A program made the translations under genes and the position numbers. Below, in pieces: positions 1 through 9,163 of a stretch of 42,565 bases of DNA (positions within the stretch are counted from its first letter, which is position 1; each line of letters begins with the position of its first letter). Source of the DNA: Polyangiales bacterium. Lineage in GTDB: Bacteria; Myxococcota_A; Polyangia; Polyangiales; Houyiibacteriaceae. The stretch is from contig JBGCFM010000073.1 in assembly GCA_045106895.1 (NCBI GenBank), positions 1-42,565 on the forward strand, in the 5' to 3' direction. The notes under the pieces were generated by a model that was given only the letters and a program-made list of their open reading frames with translations, was not told the origin of the DNA and made no database searches.

Positions 1-2
1 CC

Positions 3-731
3 TTCGACGAGCACCTCCAGAGTGACTTCGAGCCGCTGACCTTCGACGCCTTCGCGTCGACGCCTCTCGCTCTGCTGACGAGCTCCCACCGCATCGACAC
101 AAGCGACGGCGTCATCCTGCTGACGTTTGTTCGCGGCGTTACCGAGTCCGCGCAGATTCAGGCGCGCCTCGAAGGCCTCGAAGGCGCACACTACTTCGAT
201 CAAGGCGAGTACATGGCGTCGGCCTACCGCGAGTTTCGCGCGAGCACCGTCGAGCTCGTGGGCCTCGGTCTGCTCTTTGTCTTCATGCTCGTATTTCTCC
301 GCTACCGAGCCCTTCGTCCAAGCCTCGCCGCGTTCTTGCCGGCGACCCTTGCCGCAGCGACGGCGCTGGGCGTCTTCGGGTTGCTCGGCATGCCCGCGAA
401 TCTACTTCACGTCGTCTGTCTGCTCCTCGTCCTCAGCATGGGCGTGGACTACGGCGTCTTCATGGTCGAAGCCGGCATGGCCAGCGCGGACGAGCGCCAC
501 GAAGCGCCAACGCTCGTGTCCTTGGTCGTCGCTTGTGCGAGTACCTTCGCGTCGTTTGGTGTCCTAGCGCTCAGCGCAAACCCCGCCCTTCGCGCCATGG
601 GCATGACCGCCGCCATCGGCGTCTTCGTGAGCCTGGTGTTGGCGCCGTCGGCCTGGCTGCTCCTGCGTTCGTCGAAGGAAAGTCCGGCTGCTGTCGGCGC
701 GCCTCACGAACGCGACACATCGAACTCGTAG
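3..731 (+). CDS. MMPL/RND-family exporter, C-terminal part (5'-truncated by window edge)
   Basis: Frame of ORF 213..731 is open back to position 3. Several TM helices with the MMPL-type motif 'LVLSMGVDYGVF' and 'TFASFGVLALSANPALRAMG'. Neighbours are aryl-polyene-type genes. Confidence 0.85.
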   Translation, partial: FDEHLQSDFEPLTFDAFASTPLALLTSSHRIDTSDGVILLTFVRGVTESAQIQARLEGLEGAHYFDQGEYMASAYREFRASTVELVGLGLLFVFMLVFLRYRALRPSLAAFLPATLAAATALGVFGLLGMPANLLHVVCLLLVLSMGVDYGVFMVEAGMASADERHEAPTLVSLVVACASTFASFGVLALSANPALRAMGMTAAIGVFVSLVLAPSAWLLLRSSKESPAAVGAPHERDTSNS

Positions 732-1633
732 CAGTGTCCGTATTCCGACATACGCAAGTGGCCCGGGCTGTGCTCTCCTTCGATGGTGAAATTGATACTC
801 GCCCGGCCCAAGAAGAGCAGGGTGAGATCGAAACAGCCATCCCAAACGTAGACGATGCCACTGGTCCCGTACGTCGTCCCGCCGAGGAGCGCGCGCTCGT
901 CTCGCATTCGATGAACGCTGGAGTATCCGGCCTCCGCGCCCCGCATGTCTTCGACGAGATTGACCATCTCTGCCTGATCTCGTGGTTTGCTCAGCCGGGA
1001 CCAGTCGAAGGGATTGAAGCGATGCGTCTCGAGGTGATTGCCTTTGTAGGCGCCCCTCTTTATCTGGGGGTCGCCGGGTTCCCACATCGAGTAAAGTTCT
1101 ATGTCCGGGGCGGCTAGGTGCCGCTCGTCCACGTAGCGATGCTGTTCACTCGGCGAAAGCTCCCCAAAGGAGGAAGCCGAGAGCCGTGTGAGGCCCCGCT
1201 CATCGTGGGGAGGAACTAGGGGGAGAGGCTGCGCATCCAAGGGTGCGCCGGTATTTAGGTCCCACGAACGGACAAGGTAGTCTCTTCCCCATGTTAGAAG
1301 GCGTCCGTCGTCGAGAACGCTCGCTCCGAGCACAGGACCCAGATGAAAGCCCTGGATCTCTTTGAGCCGCTCACCGGTGCGAAGATCCCAGATGGCCATC
1401 CGGCGAGCCTGAGCGGACTCACTTCCGTGAACGCAGCCACCGTCACAACCCAGCGCGCTTCCTTCATTCAGCCGAAACATGCTGTGGATATTCGAGCTCT
1501 GCATCAGTGTGGTCAGGCCGCCGCCGCCGTCTTTGTAGACGACGAGCTCCTCCAGATCGTGTGGAAACCAAAACGGAGGATCGGGACGGTAGCGGTCTAG
1601 CTTCACCGGCGAGCAAAATAGAGCGTCGCGCAA
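704..1633 (-). CDS. Hypothetical protein with WD40-like repeats
   Basis: 'AIWDLRTGERLKEIQGFHLGPVLGASVLDDGRLLTWGRDYLVRSWDLNTG' reads as WD40 blades. The start may be GTG at 1606. Confidence 0.55.
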   Translation of the reverse strand: MRDALFCSPVKLDRYRPDPPFWFPHDLEELVVYKDGGGGLTTLMQSSNIHSMFRLNEGSALGCDGGCVHGSESAQARRMAIWDLRTGERLKEIQGFHLGPVLGASVLDDGRLLTWGRDYLVRSWDLNTGAPLDAQPLPLVPPHDERGLTRLSASSFGELSPSEQHRYVDERHLAAPDIELYSMWEPGDPQIKRGAYKGNHLETHRFNPFDWSRLSKPRDQAEMVNLVEDMRGAEAGYSSVHRMRDERALLGGTTYGTSGIVYVWDGCFDLTLLFLGRASINFTIEGEHSPGHLRMSEYGHCYEFDVSRS

Positions 1634-1682
1634 TGCGAGGCAAGGGTGAGGACAGACCCGCGCTAAGCAATCACGTGGTTCG

Positions 1683-2322
1683 CTACGAAAGGTAAACCCA
1701 CACCGCGAGCATATTCCCGAAGTTCAGTCCTGCGTGCATCAGCCACGGAGTGAAAATCGAGCCTTTGTCGAAGGGGTGCATGCTCCACCCGGCGAGCCAA
1801 GCGAAGGGCGTCACGCTGAGGATCGCCGTCGCGTAGAGGACCGCGTGGGACGACTCGGCGAAGAAGTGCACGAGCAAGATGCGGCGCGACGAAGATGACG
1901 GTTTGGACCACGTTGCCCCAAGCGAAGCCAAGCCACCCAATGGACCTCTTGGCGACGAAGCCGCGAAAGAGGAGCTCCTCACAGAGCGCCGAAGTGATGA
2001 ATGGGTAGACGAAGAGCCCGATGGCTCTGTTCACTCCGCCGGCGCCGATCACCTCTCCGGCGGAGGTCTTCTCCAAAAAAACGCGAAAGTCATCGATGAC
2101 GAGGCCTTGGAGAAAAACGAGGCCCGAGGCGACGAGGGCGGCGAGGGGAAAGACCCAGAGTCTCCGCTTCCAGCGCGGCGCGAGGTGAACGCCCAGCCAG
2201 CGGGTCCAGCGCTCGCGGGAGCGTTTTCGAGCGCGGGCGACGAGGACGTGCACGCCCCAGAAGAAGCTCACCAGAATCGAAACGGCAACGAGCTGAAACG
2301 CGGCGTTGGACAGGAAGTCCAC
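1683..2322 (-). pseudogene. CPBP (CAAX protease/Abi) intramembrane metalloprotease, frameshifted near 1880
   Basis: Motifs EExxxR ('CEELLFRG') and FxxxH ('FVAPH') lie in ORF 1663..2322. The remaining TM helices and HxxxN ('MHAGLN') lie in a different frame (ORF 1683..1982). Confidence 0.8.
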
Positions 2323-2345
2323 TCAGCTCTCCGACCCGCTCATCT

Positions 2346-2777
2346 CTAGCCGATGGCGCCGGCGGCGACGTTGATGCTGCCTTCCGCGGCGAGGGTCTCG
2401 CCGACGAAGAGCTTGCAGTCGAACTGCGCCAAGGCGCCGGCTCCGAAAATTTCGCGCGCCTGCGTGCGCACCGTCTCACCCACCCGAAACTCCGTGACGT
2501 GCACGTCGAGTTTGCGTGTCCCGAGGAGCGCGCCGGACACCTTGGGTGCGTTCGCCGCGGCGCTTCGGTGTGCCATCAAAGCGGCGGCGCTTTGTGCAAA
2601 GAGCTCGATGGCGACGAGAGGCGAGATGTGCTCGCCACGCGCCATGATGAAGTCCGGACGAAACGTGGTCTCCGTTTCGATCATCGGGTCTTTCACCGAC
2701 ACGATGCGATCGACAAAGAGCATGGGTCCCGCGTGAGGGAGCCGCTGAAGCGTTGCGCTGAAGTCTTCCACGAGCAC
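2346..2777 (-). CDS. Hotdog-fold 3-hydroxyacyl-ACP dehydratase-like protein (ApeP/FabZ-like)
   Basis: 'LPHAGPMLFVDRI' and 'IELFAQSAA...GALLGTRK' motifs; 143 aa; directly downstream of the ACP gene. Confidence 0.8.
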   Translation of the reverse strand: MLVEDFSATLQRLPHAGPMLFVDRIVSVKDPMIETETTFRPDFIMARGEHISPLVAIELFAQSAAALMAHRSAAANAPKVSGALLGTRKLDVHVTEFRVGETVRTQAREIFGAGALAQFDCKLFVGETLAAEGSINVAAGAIG

Positions 2778-2806
2778 TGCTGTCTTTTCCGAAGGGGTCC
2801 TCGAAA

Positions 2807-3094
2807 CTAGACGGGCATCGCCGTTTCGGGTTCCGGGTCACCGCGCTCGGCGGCGGCGCGCTCTTCGACGGCGAAGTTCACAAGCTCTTCGACGGTGCGA
2901 ATGAGTTTTGCTTTCTCCGGGTCGGGGCGGCGACCGGTGATGTCCCGCATCTGCACGAAGATATCGACGGCGTCGATGCTGTCGAGGTCGAGCTCTTCGT
3001 AGAGCGTGGACTCCGGCTTGATTTCGCTGGCTTCGAGCTCAAAGGAGTCGGCCAGGATCTCGACGACTTTCTGGTGGATCTCTTCACGGGTCAT
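2807..3094 (-). CDS. Acyl carrier protein
   Basis: Small acidic protein with phosphopantetheine site 'LDLDSIDAVD' and 'IRTVEELVNF'. Confidence 0.93.
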   Translation of the reverse strand: MTREEIHQKVVEILADSFELEASEIKPESTLYEELDLDSIDAVDIFVQMRDITGRRPDPEKAKLIRTVEELVNFAVEERAAAERGDPEPETAMPV

Positions 3095-3172
3095 AGAATC
3101 GCGAGGCTTCTAGCCTTGTGGGTAAGCGTCGGCAAGGTGGTTTTGGCCTCCATTTGGCGTAAATGCGCCGAT

Positions 3173-4930
3173 CTAGGGCCTTCGCGACGGGTCCCAGAGG
3201 GTTGAAAGCGGAACTGCGGCGTTCTTTCGACCAAGAGCGCGCTCGAGATCTCGGCCAATCTCCGGCAGCCGGCCGACGCGTTCGCGCCGCGGGAGAGCAT
3301 CGCTGTCGAAGCGAAGAGCGGTTCGAGCGCCGAGGGGAGCGCTGCCTCCGAGCTTCTCCCGGAGGAGGCCAGCCTTGTCCTCGCCAAGGTCGCGAAGCGC
3401 GTGCGCCAGGACCTCCGTGACCAGCTCTCGCCCGGTCTCGAGGTCCGCTTTCATTTTCTCGAGGGTGGCCGCTGCGTCGAGTTTCTCCAGCAGGGCGACG
3501 TGCTGTTTGGCCAACACGGACGGAAACATGGGGAGCGGCACGAAGGACTTCTTCGCGCCGCGCTCGGACTTGAGAGCTCCCCAGGTCTCGAGGATGGTCT
3601 GCGCGCTGGTGTTCAGCTCGTAGTACTGCTGGCCCATCTCGACGAACGCCACAAGCGTGTCGACGTCGGTGTCGTAGATGCGCTGAAAGAAGTGGCCGCA
3701 CATGAACGACCAGTAGTTGAAGAAGTCCCACCAGAGCTTGGCGCCGAGCACATCGGAGTGCGGAAAGACTTTTCCGTTGGTGCTCAGGGTGCGGGCGGCG
3801 TCCCGGGCCAGGAGCAGCATCGTCTCGTTGAGCGCTTCAGCGACGGGATGTCGCTCGCCGTCGCTGACGCCTTCGAGGTCCTCGCGGATGATTCGCGTCG
3901 CGTAGGTGTTGGCCATCCCGAGAAAGTCGCCGCCAAGTGAGTACAGAGGATCGACGAAGAGCGCGGCCTCTCCAACGCAAGCCCAGCGCCGCTTCGAGTC
4001 GAAGACACGTTCGCTCAGGTAGCTGTAGTTGTGCACCACGCGAAAGTCCTCTCGCGGCTTGCCATCAAGAAACGCCGCGAGCTGTGGTTCGTGCTTTTTC
4101 AGCCATTCGTTGGCTCGCTCTTCGCGATTGTACGTCGCGAAGGGGTGATGCTCGTGGTCGGCGACGATTCCGATGCTCGTGTGGCCCGTGGCGAGGACGA
4201 TGATCCAAACCCAGTAGCCTTCGCCCATCAGGTGAATCGTGGATTGCCAGCGGTTCCCATCGACATCACGCGCGTGCCACGCCCGCTCGTCTTCATGCAC
4301 GAGGTCCGCCACGCGCAGCTGGCCTTCGATGCGGAACCATGCCGCGCTCGCCGCGTTCGGGCTTGGACGCCGCAGGTCGAGTCGCTTGGAAATAAGTCGA
4401 CCGCGCCCGCTCGCGTCGACGAGCCAACGCGCATTGAGCGTGCGCCCGTCACTGAGAGCGACGCGATGAGTTTCGTTCTCCTCACCGATTGCAAGGTCGC
4501 GAACGGAAACGCCTTCCAGCAGAACGACGCCGGCGTCTTCGATGAAGCCGCGCATATCGGTTTCAAAGCGGCCACGATCGATCTGAAAACTCGGGACGAT
4601 CGGGAACTCCGCGGGCCCGATCTCAGGTCGCTCCTTGAGGGGGACGCTCCCTCCGTCGGTGAAGAAGCGAAGGCCGTTTTTGTGGAGATGCGTCTCCTCC
4701 AGGTAGTCCGCCAGACCAAGCACTTCGCGGAAATAGTGCGTCGCTAACTCGACGCTCGATTCGCCCACCTTGTGGCAAGCCAAGGGAAGAGGGCGCGTCG
4801 AGCGCTCCACCACGGCGATGCTCGCGCTGGGAAGCGTCTGCCTCAGCTGCCGCGCGATGCAGAGGCCTGCCTTGCCTCCGCCGCAGATGACGACGTCGTA
4901 GTTCTCGGTTGTGGGGGAAGGGCTCTCCAT
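3173..4930 (-). CDS. Flavin-dependent halogenase-like oxidoreductase (copy 1)
   Basis: FAD-binding 'DVVICGGGKAG', 'KVGESSVE', putative catalytic Lys in 'HKNGLRFF', variant WxWxI 'YWVWIIVL', and 'FVDPLYSLG'. Start taken as ATG 4930; the ORF extends to 4993. Confidence 0.8.
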   Translation of the reverse strand: MESPSPTTENYDVVICGGGKAGLCIARQLRQTLPSASIAVVERSTRPLPLACHKVGESSVELATHYFREVLGLADYLEETHLHKNGLRFFTDGGSVPLKERPEIGPAEFPIVPSFQIDRGRFETDMRGFIEDAGVVLLEGVSVRDLAIGEENETHRVALSDGRTLNARWLVDASGRGRLISKRLDLRRPSPNAASAAWFRIEGQLRVADLVHEDERAWHARDVDGNRWQSTIHLMGEGYWVWIIVLATGHTSIGIVADHEHHPFATYNREERANEWLKKHEPQLAAFLDGKPREDFRVVHNYSYLSERVFDSKRRWACVGEAALFVDPLYSLGGDFLGMANTYATRIIREDLEGVSDGERHPVAEALNETMLLLARDAARTLSTNGKVFPHSDVLGAKLWWDFFNYWSFMCGHFFQRIYDTDVDTLVAFVEMGQQYYELNTSAQTILETWGALKSERGAKKSFVPLPMFPSVLAKQHVALLEKLDAAATLEKMKADLETGRELVTEVLAHALRDLGEDKAGLLREKLGGSAPLGARTALRFDSDALPRRERVGRLPEIGRDLERALGRKNAAVPLSTLWDPSRRP

Positions 4931-5121
4931 GGGACTTGTCAGGCTAGCGCGTTTGAGGGGAAAAGCGACGACGGCGTGCCGTTGCGTGGCCACGCCTTGT
5001 CTGCCTCACAGGAGGCACCTAGGTCCACAATGGGTGCAGGAAAAGTCCGTGGACGCCCTAATCCACTAGGGGTATGAACACGGAAGGCGCAGCTGCGTCG
5101 AAGTCCAAGGAAACGCAGAGA

Positions 5122-6687
5122 ATGTCGGATAAAACGATAGATGTGGCCATTCTGGGCGGGGGGCTCGCGGCCAACCTGCTGGCTCGTCAGCTCCGTCGCC
5201 AGCAGCCTGAGCTGAGCGTCGCGGTGTTCGAAAAGAACACAGAGCGCACGTACAAGGTGGGCGAGTCAACGGTCGAGATCGCTACCCTCTACCTCACGAA
5301 GCGGCTCGGACTCTCGACGTACATCTACAAAGAGCACCTACCGAAGAATGGCCTTCGCTACTTCTTCGATGGACCGAACAAAGACGGCGCCTTGCCGGAG
5401 CTCAGTGAGATCGGCATCGACGGTCTCCCGCCGTACCCGTCCTTCCAGCTCGACCGTGCACGCTTCGAAGCGGACCTTCTCGAGATGAACGCCAAAGACG
5501 GCGTGGACGTGCACATCGGCGCACGTGTCAAAGATCTCGACCTTCGTGACGACGGGAAGCATCGCTTCACAGTCGTCACGGACGAGAGCGAGTTCAACGT
5601 GCAGGCACGCTGGGTCGTGGACGCGACGGGCAAAGATGGTCTCATCGCGCGCGCACGTTCCCTTCGCGTGCCCGAGAAGAATCACCGCATCGCTTCCGCA
5701 TGGGGACGTGCCTACGGCGTCGCCGACATGGACAGCATCGACGCGCCTGCATTCCACGAGCGCGCTCGTTACACCTCGCGAACCCTCTCGACGAATCACT
5801 TCATGTACGACGGGTACTGGATCTGGTTCATCCCGCTTCGCCAAGGCTTGACCTCGCTGGGCATCGTCCAGGAGTCGTCGTCGTGGGACGTGGCTTGTCA
5901 CAAGAAGCCGGGCTTCCTCGAGTTCCTTCGCAAGCACAGCGCGGTTCGCTCGCTCGTCGAAGATGCGGAACTCGTCGATATCGACGCCTACACCCAGCTC
6001 GCGTTTCGAACGAAACAGTTCTTTAGCCCGGAGCGCTGGGCTGTCATCGGCAACGCGTCGGCGTTTCCCGACCCCTTCTACAGCCCCGGCAGCGATTTCA
6101 TCGCTGTGGAGAACGACCTCGTCTGCGACTTGATTCGCCGTGACCTCGCTGGCGATGCGTTTGAAGAGACCGTGGACCTCTTTGACCGCTACCTGCACTT
6201 TCGCTTCGACTCAACGATGGTCATCTACGAAGGGCTCTACCCGACGTTTGGCAGCTTCGAGCTCTACCGCGCGAAGGTCTTCTTCGACACGGCCTCGTAC
6301 TACAACCTGCTCTTCGATTCGTACGCTCGCGATGAGCATCTCGACCCCCGTTGGCTTCGCACAGCGCTTCGTCGCCGCGAGAGCGTCATGAGCGTGATGG
6401 GCAGCTTCGGTTCGCTCTTCCGCGCCATGGGCGAAGAGATGAAAAAGCGCGGGACCTACCATCGACAGAACACGGGTCACCACGAACTCGAAGGTCGCTC
6501 TGCGTTCGGCGTGATGGAAGAGGTTGGCGGCCCACGCTCTCGTCGCGATGTGAACGCACGGAGCGAAGAGATCTTCGAGAAGACCCGCGCTATGTTGCTC
6601 TCCTGCCTGGATGGTGACGAGAGCGCGTTTCGTGGACTTCGCGAAGGGACAAATCAGTCTTTTGATCCATGGGCGACACTTCGATGA
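5122..6687 (+). CDS. Flavin-dependent halogenase (copy 2)
   Basis: 'DVAILGGGLAA', 'KVGESTVE', 'PKNGLRYFF', canonical WxWxIP 'YWIWFIPL', and 'FPDPFYSPG'. Alternative start at 5074. Confidence 0.85.
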   Translation: MSDKTIDVAILGGGLAANLLARQLRRQQPELSVAVFEKNTERTYKVGESTVEIATLYLTKRLGLSTYIYKEHLPKNGLRYFFDGPNKDGALPELSEIGIDGLPPYPSFQLDRARFEADLLEMNAKDGVDVHIGARVKDLDLRDDGKHRFTVVTDESEFNVQARWVVDATGKDGLIARARSLRVPEKNHRIASAWGRAYGVADMDSIDAPAFHERARYTSRTLSTNHFMYDGYWIWFIPLRQGLTSLGIVQESSSWDVACHKKPGFLEFLRKHSAVRSLVEDAELVDIDAYTQLAFRTKQFFSPERWAVIGNASAFPDPFYSPGSDFIAVENDLVCDLIRRDLAGDAFEETVDLFDRYLHFRFDSTMVIYEGLYPTFGSFELYRAKVFFDTASYYNLLFDSYARDEHLDPRWLRTALRRRESVMSVMGSFGSLFRAMGEEMKKRGTYHRQNTGHHELEGRSAFGVMEEVGGPRSRRDVNARSEEIFEKTRAMLLSCLDGDESAFRGLREGTNQSFDPWATLR

Positions 6688-7937
6688 GCGCACTGAACCA
6701 CCTGGGGAAGAAGCGCGTCGTCGTCACCGGCGCCGGTGTGACGACTCCGATCGGTCACGATATCGCGTCGTCCGTCGAGTCCCTTCGAGAGGGCCGCCAC
6801 GGCATTCGTTACATGCCCGAGTGGGATGAAATTGAAGACATGCACGGTCGCCTCGGCTCCACCGTCGAAGGCCTCGACCTCAAGAAACACTACCCGCGCA
6901 AGAAGCGACGCACGATGGGCAAGGTCGCGCTCTTCGCCGTCCACGCCGCTGAAGAAGCCGTCCTCCAGAGCGGTCTCGGCGAAGACGTGCTGAAGGGCGC
7001 GCGTACCGGCGTCTCTTTTGGTTCGACGAGCGGCAGCGGCAGCGAGACGGAAGCGTTCAGCAAACCGCTCGCCCTCTCGAAGTCCATGAAAGGCCTCGAG
7101 TCCAACGCGTACTTCCGGCTCATGACTCACACCTGCGCCGTCAACGTCGGCCAGTTCTTTGGCGTTAAGGGGCGCATCGAGTCCACGTGCACGGCGTGCA
7201 CCAGCGGCTCCCAAGGCATCGGCCGCGCCTTCGAGTTGATTCAGGCGGGTCTTCAAGACGTCATGATCGCGGGCGGCGCCGAAGAGCTTCACTACACGAG
7301 CGCGGTCACCTTCGACCTTCTGATGGCCACGAGCCACAAGTACAACGACTCACCGGAGCAAAGCCCAAGGCCCTTCGATAGCGCACGCGACGGACTCGTC
7401 GTCGGCGAAGGCGCTGGCGCGCTGGTCCTCGAGAGCCTCGAACACGCCGAAGCGCGTGGCGCGACGATTCTCGCAGAGTTGCTCGCCTACTCGAGCAACT
7501 GCGACGGCGCCCATCTCACGGCGCCGCGTTCGGAAGGCATGCAGGCGGTGATGCGGCTGAGCCTGGAGCAAGCCGGGCTAACTCCGGCAGACATCGACTA
7601 CGTCTGCGCGCACGGAACCGGGACGGAGATCGGGGATATCGCCGAGAGCACAGCCTCGGCCAACGTCTTCCCAGCGGAGACACCCTTCGCGTCACTGAAG
7701 GGTTACGTGGGCCACACGCTCGGCGCCTGCGGGGCCATCGAGTCCGCGTGGTGCTTGTCGATGCTGCAGGACGGTTTCATGGCGGCGGGCCGAAACCTTG
7801 TCGACGTCGACCCACGTTGCGGAAAGCTCGACTATGTGCGGGAAACACGCATCGCGTCGCCGAAGCGGATCATGAACAACAACTTTGCGTTTGGCGGCAT
7901 CAACACGTCGCTGATCTTCGAGCGACGCGACTCCTGA
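6684..7937 (+). CDS. Beta-ketoacyl-ACP synthase (FabB/FabF-like, aryl-polyene type)
   Basis: Cys-His-His triad intact ('TACTSG', 'AHGTGT', 'GHTLGA'); C-terminal 'NNFAFGGINTSL'. ATGA overlap with the halogenase 2 stop. Confidence 0.93.
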   Translation: MSALNHLGKKRVVVTGAGVTTPIGHDIASSVESLREGRHGIRYMPEWDEIEDMHGRLGSTVEGLDLKKHYPRKKRRTMGKVALFAVHAAEEAVLQSGLGEDVLKGARTGVSFGSTSGSGSETEAFSKPLALSKSMKGLESNAYFRLMTHTCAVNVGQFFGVKGRIESTCTACTSGSQGIGRAFELIQAGLQDVMIAGGAEELHYTSAVTFDLLMATSHKYNDSPEQSPRPFDSARDGLVVGEGAGALVLESLEHAEARGATILAELLAYSSNCDGAHLTAPRSEGMQAVMRLSLEQAGLTPADIDYVCAHGTGTEIGDIAESTASANVFPAETPFASLKGYVGHTLGACGAIESAWCLSMLQDGFMAAGRNLVDVDPRCGKLDYVRETRIASPKRIMNNNFAFGGINTSLIFERRDS

Positions 7938-7946
7938 ATCAGGCAG

Positions 7947-8801
7947 ATGCCGCACCCCATTCGCATCTTCCTCGGCGCCGTCGCCTTCACGATTTTCTTC
8001 GTCGGCAGCTTGATGATCGGGGTCGTCCTCTTTCCCTTCATCTTCCTCCTCTCCCTCGGCAACTTCGAGAAGTTTCAGGGGCGCTGCACACGTTTCGTGG
8101 GCCGCGGCTATGGGACGTTTCTTTTCTGTCTGAGGATGTGGGGCCTTATCACCTGGGGCGAGCGCCTTCACCTTCCGGTGGAACTCGAGGGTCGACCCTA
8201 TGTGCTCGTCGCCAATCACCCGACGCTCATCGACGTCCTCTTTCTCCTGCATTGGCTGCCGGGTTCTACGTCCGTCGTAAAGTCCGCGTGGCGCAACAAC
8301 ATCTTCTTCGGGCCCATCTTGCGAAGCGTTCACTATGTGAGCAACGCGGAGCCCGGCGACGAAGCTTTTACCGGGGCCCTGACGCGGATGGTGAACCACG
8401 TGGAAGCGGGTCATCCACTCATCATTTTTCCCGAAGGCACCCGCTCGCTAACGAACAAGCTTCACCGCTTCAAACGCGGCGCGTTCGAGGTCGCCGTGCG
8501 CACTGAGGTGCCTATCCTTCCGGTCTTCATCGGCGTAGACCCACCAACGCTCAAGAAGGGCGCGCCTCTCGATACCCACGAGACTGGCCGCTGGTTCTTC
8601 GAGATGATGCCCATCGTTGAGGTCACCAAAGAGAGCGACGCAAAAGCGTTGCGCACCCAAGTCGAGGCGAGCTTCCGCGAGCGTTTCGCAGAGTGGGCCG
8701 AGTCCGTGGGGCGCGAAGTGGAGACGAAGAAGTTGCCTGCGTCGACCGCCCCCGAGGTCTCGGAGACGACGGGCGCAGCCGAGGCGGCGGAAGTCCACTA
8801 G
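7947..8801 (+). CDS. PlsC-family (lysophospholipid) acyltransferase
   Basis: 'ANHPTLID' (NHxxxxD) and 'FPEGTRS' motifs; N-terminal TM segment. Confidence 0.9.
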   Translation: MPHPIRIFLGAVAFTIFFVGSLMIGVVLFPFIFLLSLGNFEKFQGRCTRFVGRGYGTFLFCLRMWGLITWGERLHLPVELEGRPYVLVANHPTLIDVLFLLHWLPGSTSVVKSAWRNNIFFGPILRSVHYVSNAEPGDEAFTGALTRMVNHVEAGHPLIIFPEGTRSLTNKLHRFKRGAFEVAVRTEVPILPVFIGVDPPTLKKGAPLDTHETGRWFFEMMPIVEVTKESDAKALRTQVEASFRERFAEWAESVGREVETKKLPASTAPEVSETTGAAEAAEVH

Positions 8802-8803
8802 CG

Positions 8804-9163
8804 GTGCCTCCGCTTCGTTACGCGCGTCTACGCGAGCGAGCCCTTACGCAGCCCACGCCAGAGTGGCGGCCCGGCGACTTACACCTCCACGCGCTCTTCA
8901 TCGGTCACGGCTATCTCATGAACGGCGGCTTCTTCCACCTCTTCGAAATGGAAGACGCGTCCTACGAAGCGTTTGTGGCGGCTCTTGATTACTTCGACGT
9001 CCAGGAGGTGAAGGAATGTCTCGATGGCGCGAGCGACGCCTTCGACGCGGATACGCCGCTCCGCAAGTTCGACCAGCTCTACTTTCGTTTCGCAGACCGG
9101 GGGCTTGATGCCGCCGTGATTCGATCGTCCGCACTATCGCAGGGCGACTTTGCACCGTTCTAG
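8804..9163 (+). CDS. Hypothetical small acidic protein, possibly DMP19/DUF4375-like
   Basis: 'GYLMNGGFFHLF' NGGF motif and acidic helical content. GTG start at 8804 just after the acyltransferase stop. Its stop shares CTAG with the convergent gene. Confidence 0.45.
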   Translation: MPPLRYARLRERALTQPTPEWRPGDLHLHALFIGHGYLMNGGFFHLFEMEDASYEAFVAALDYFDVQEVKECLDGASDAFDADTPLRKFDQLYFRFADRGLDAAVIRSSALSQGDFAPF

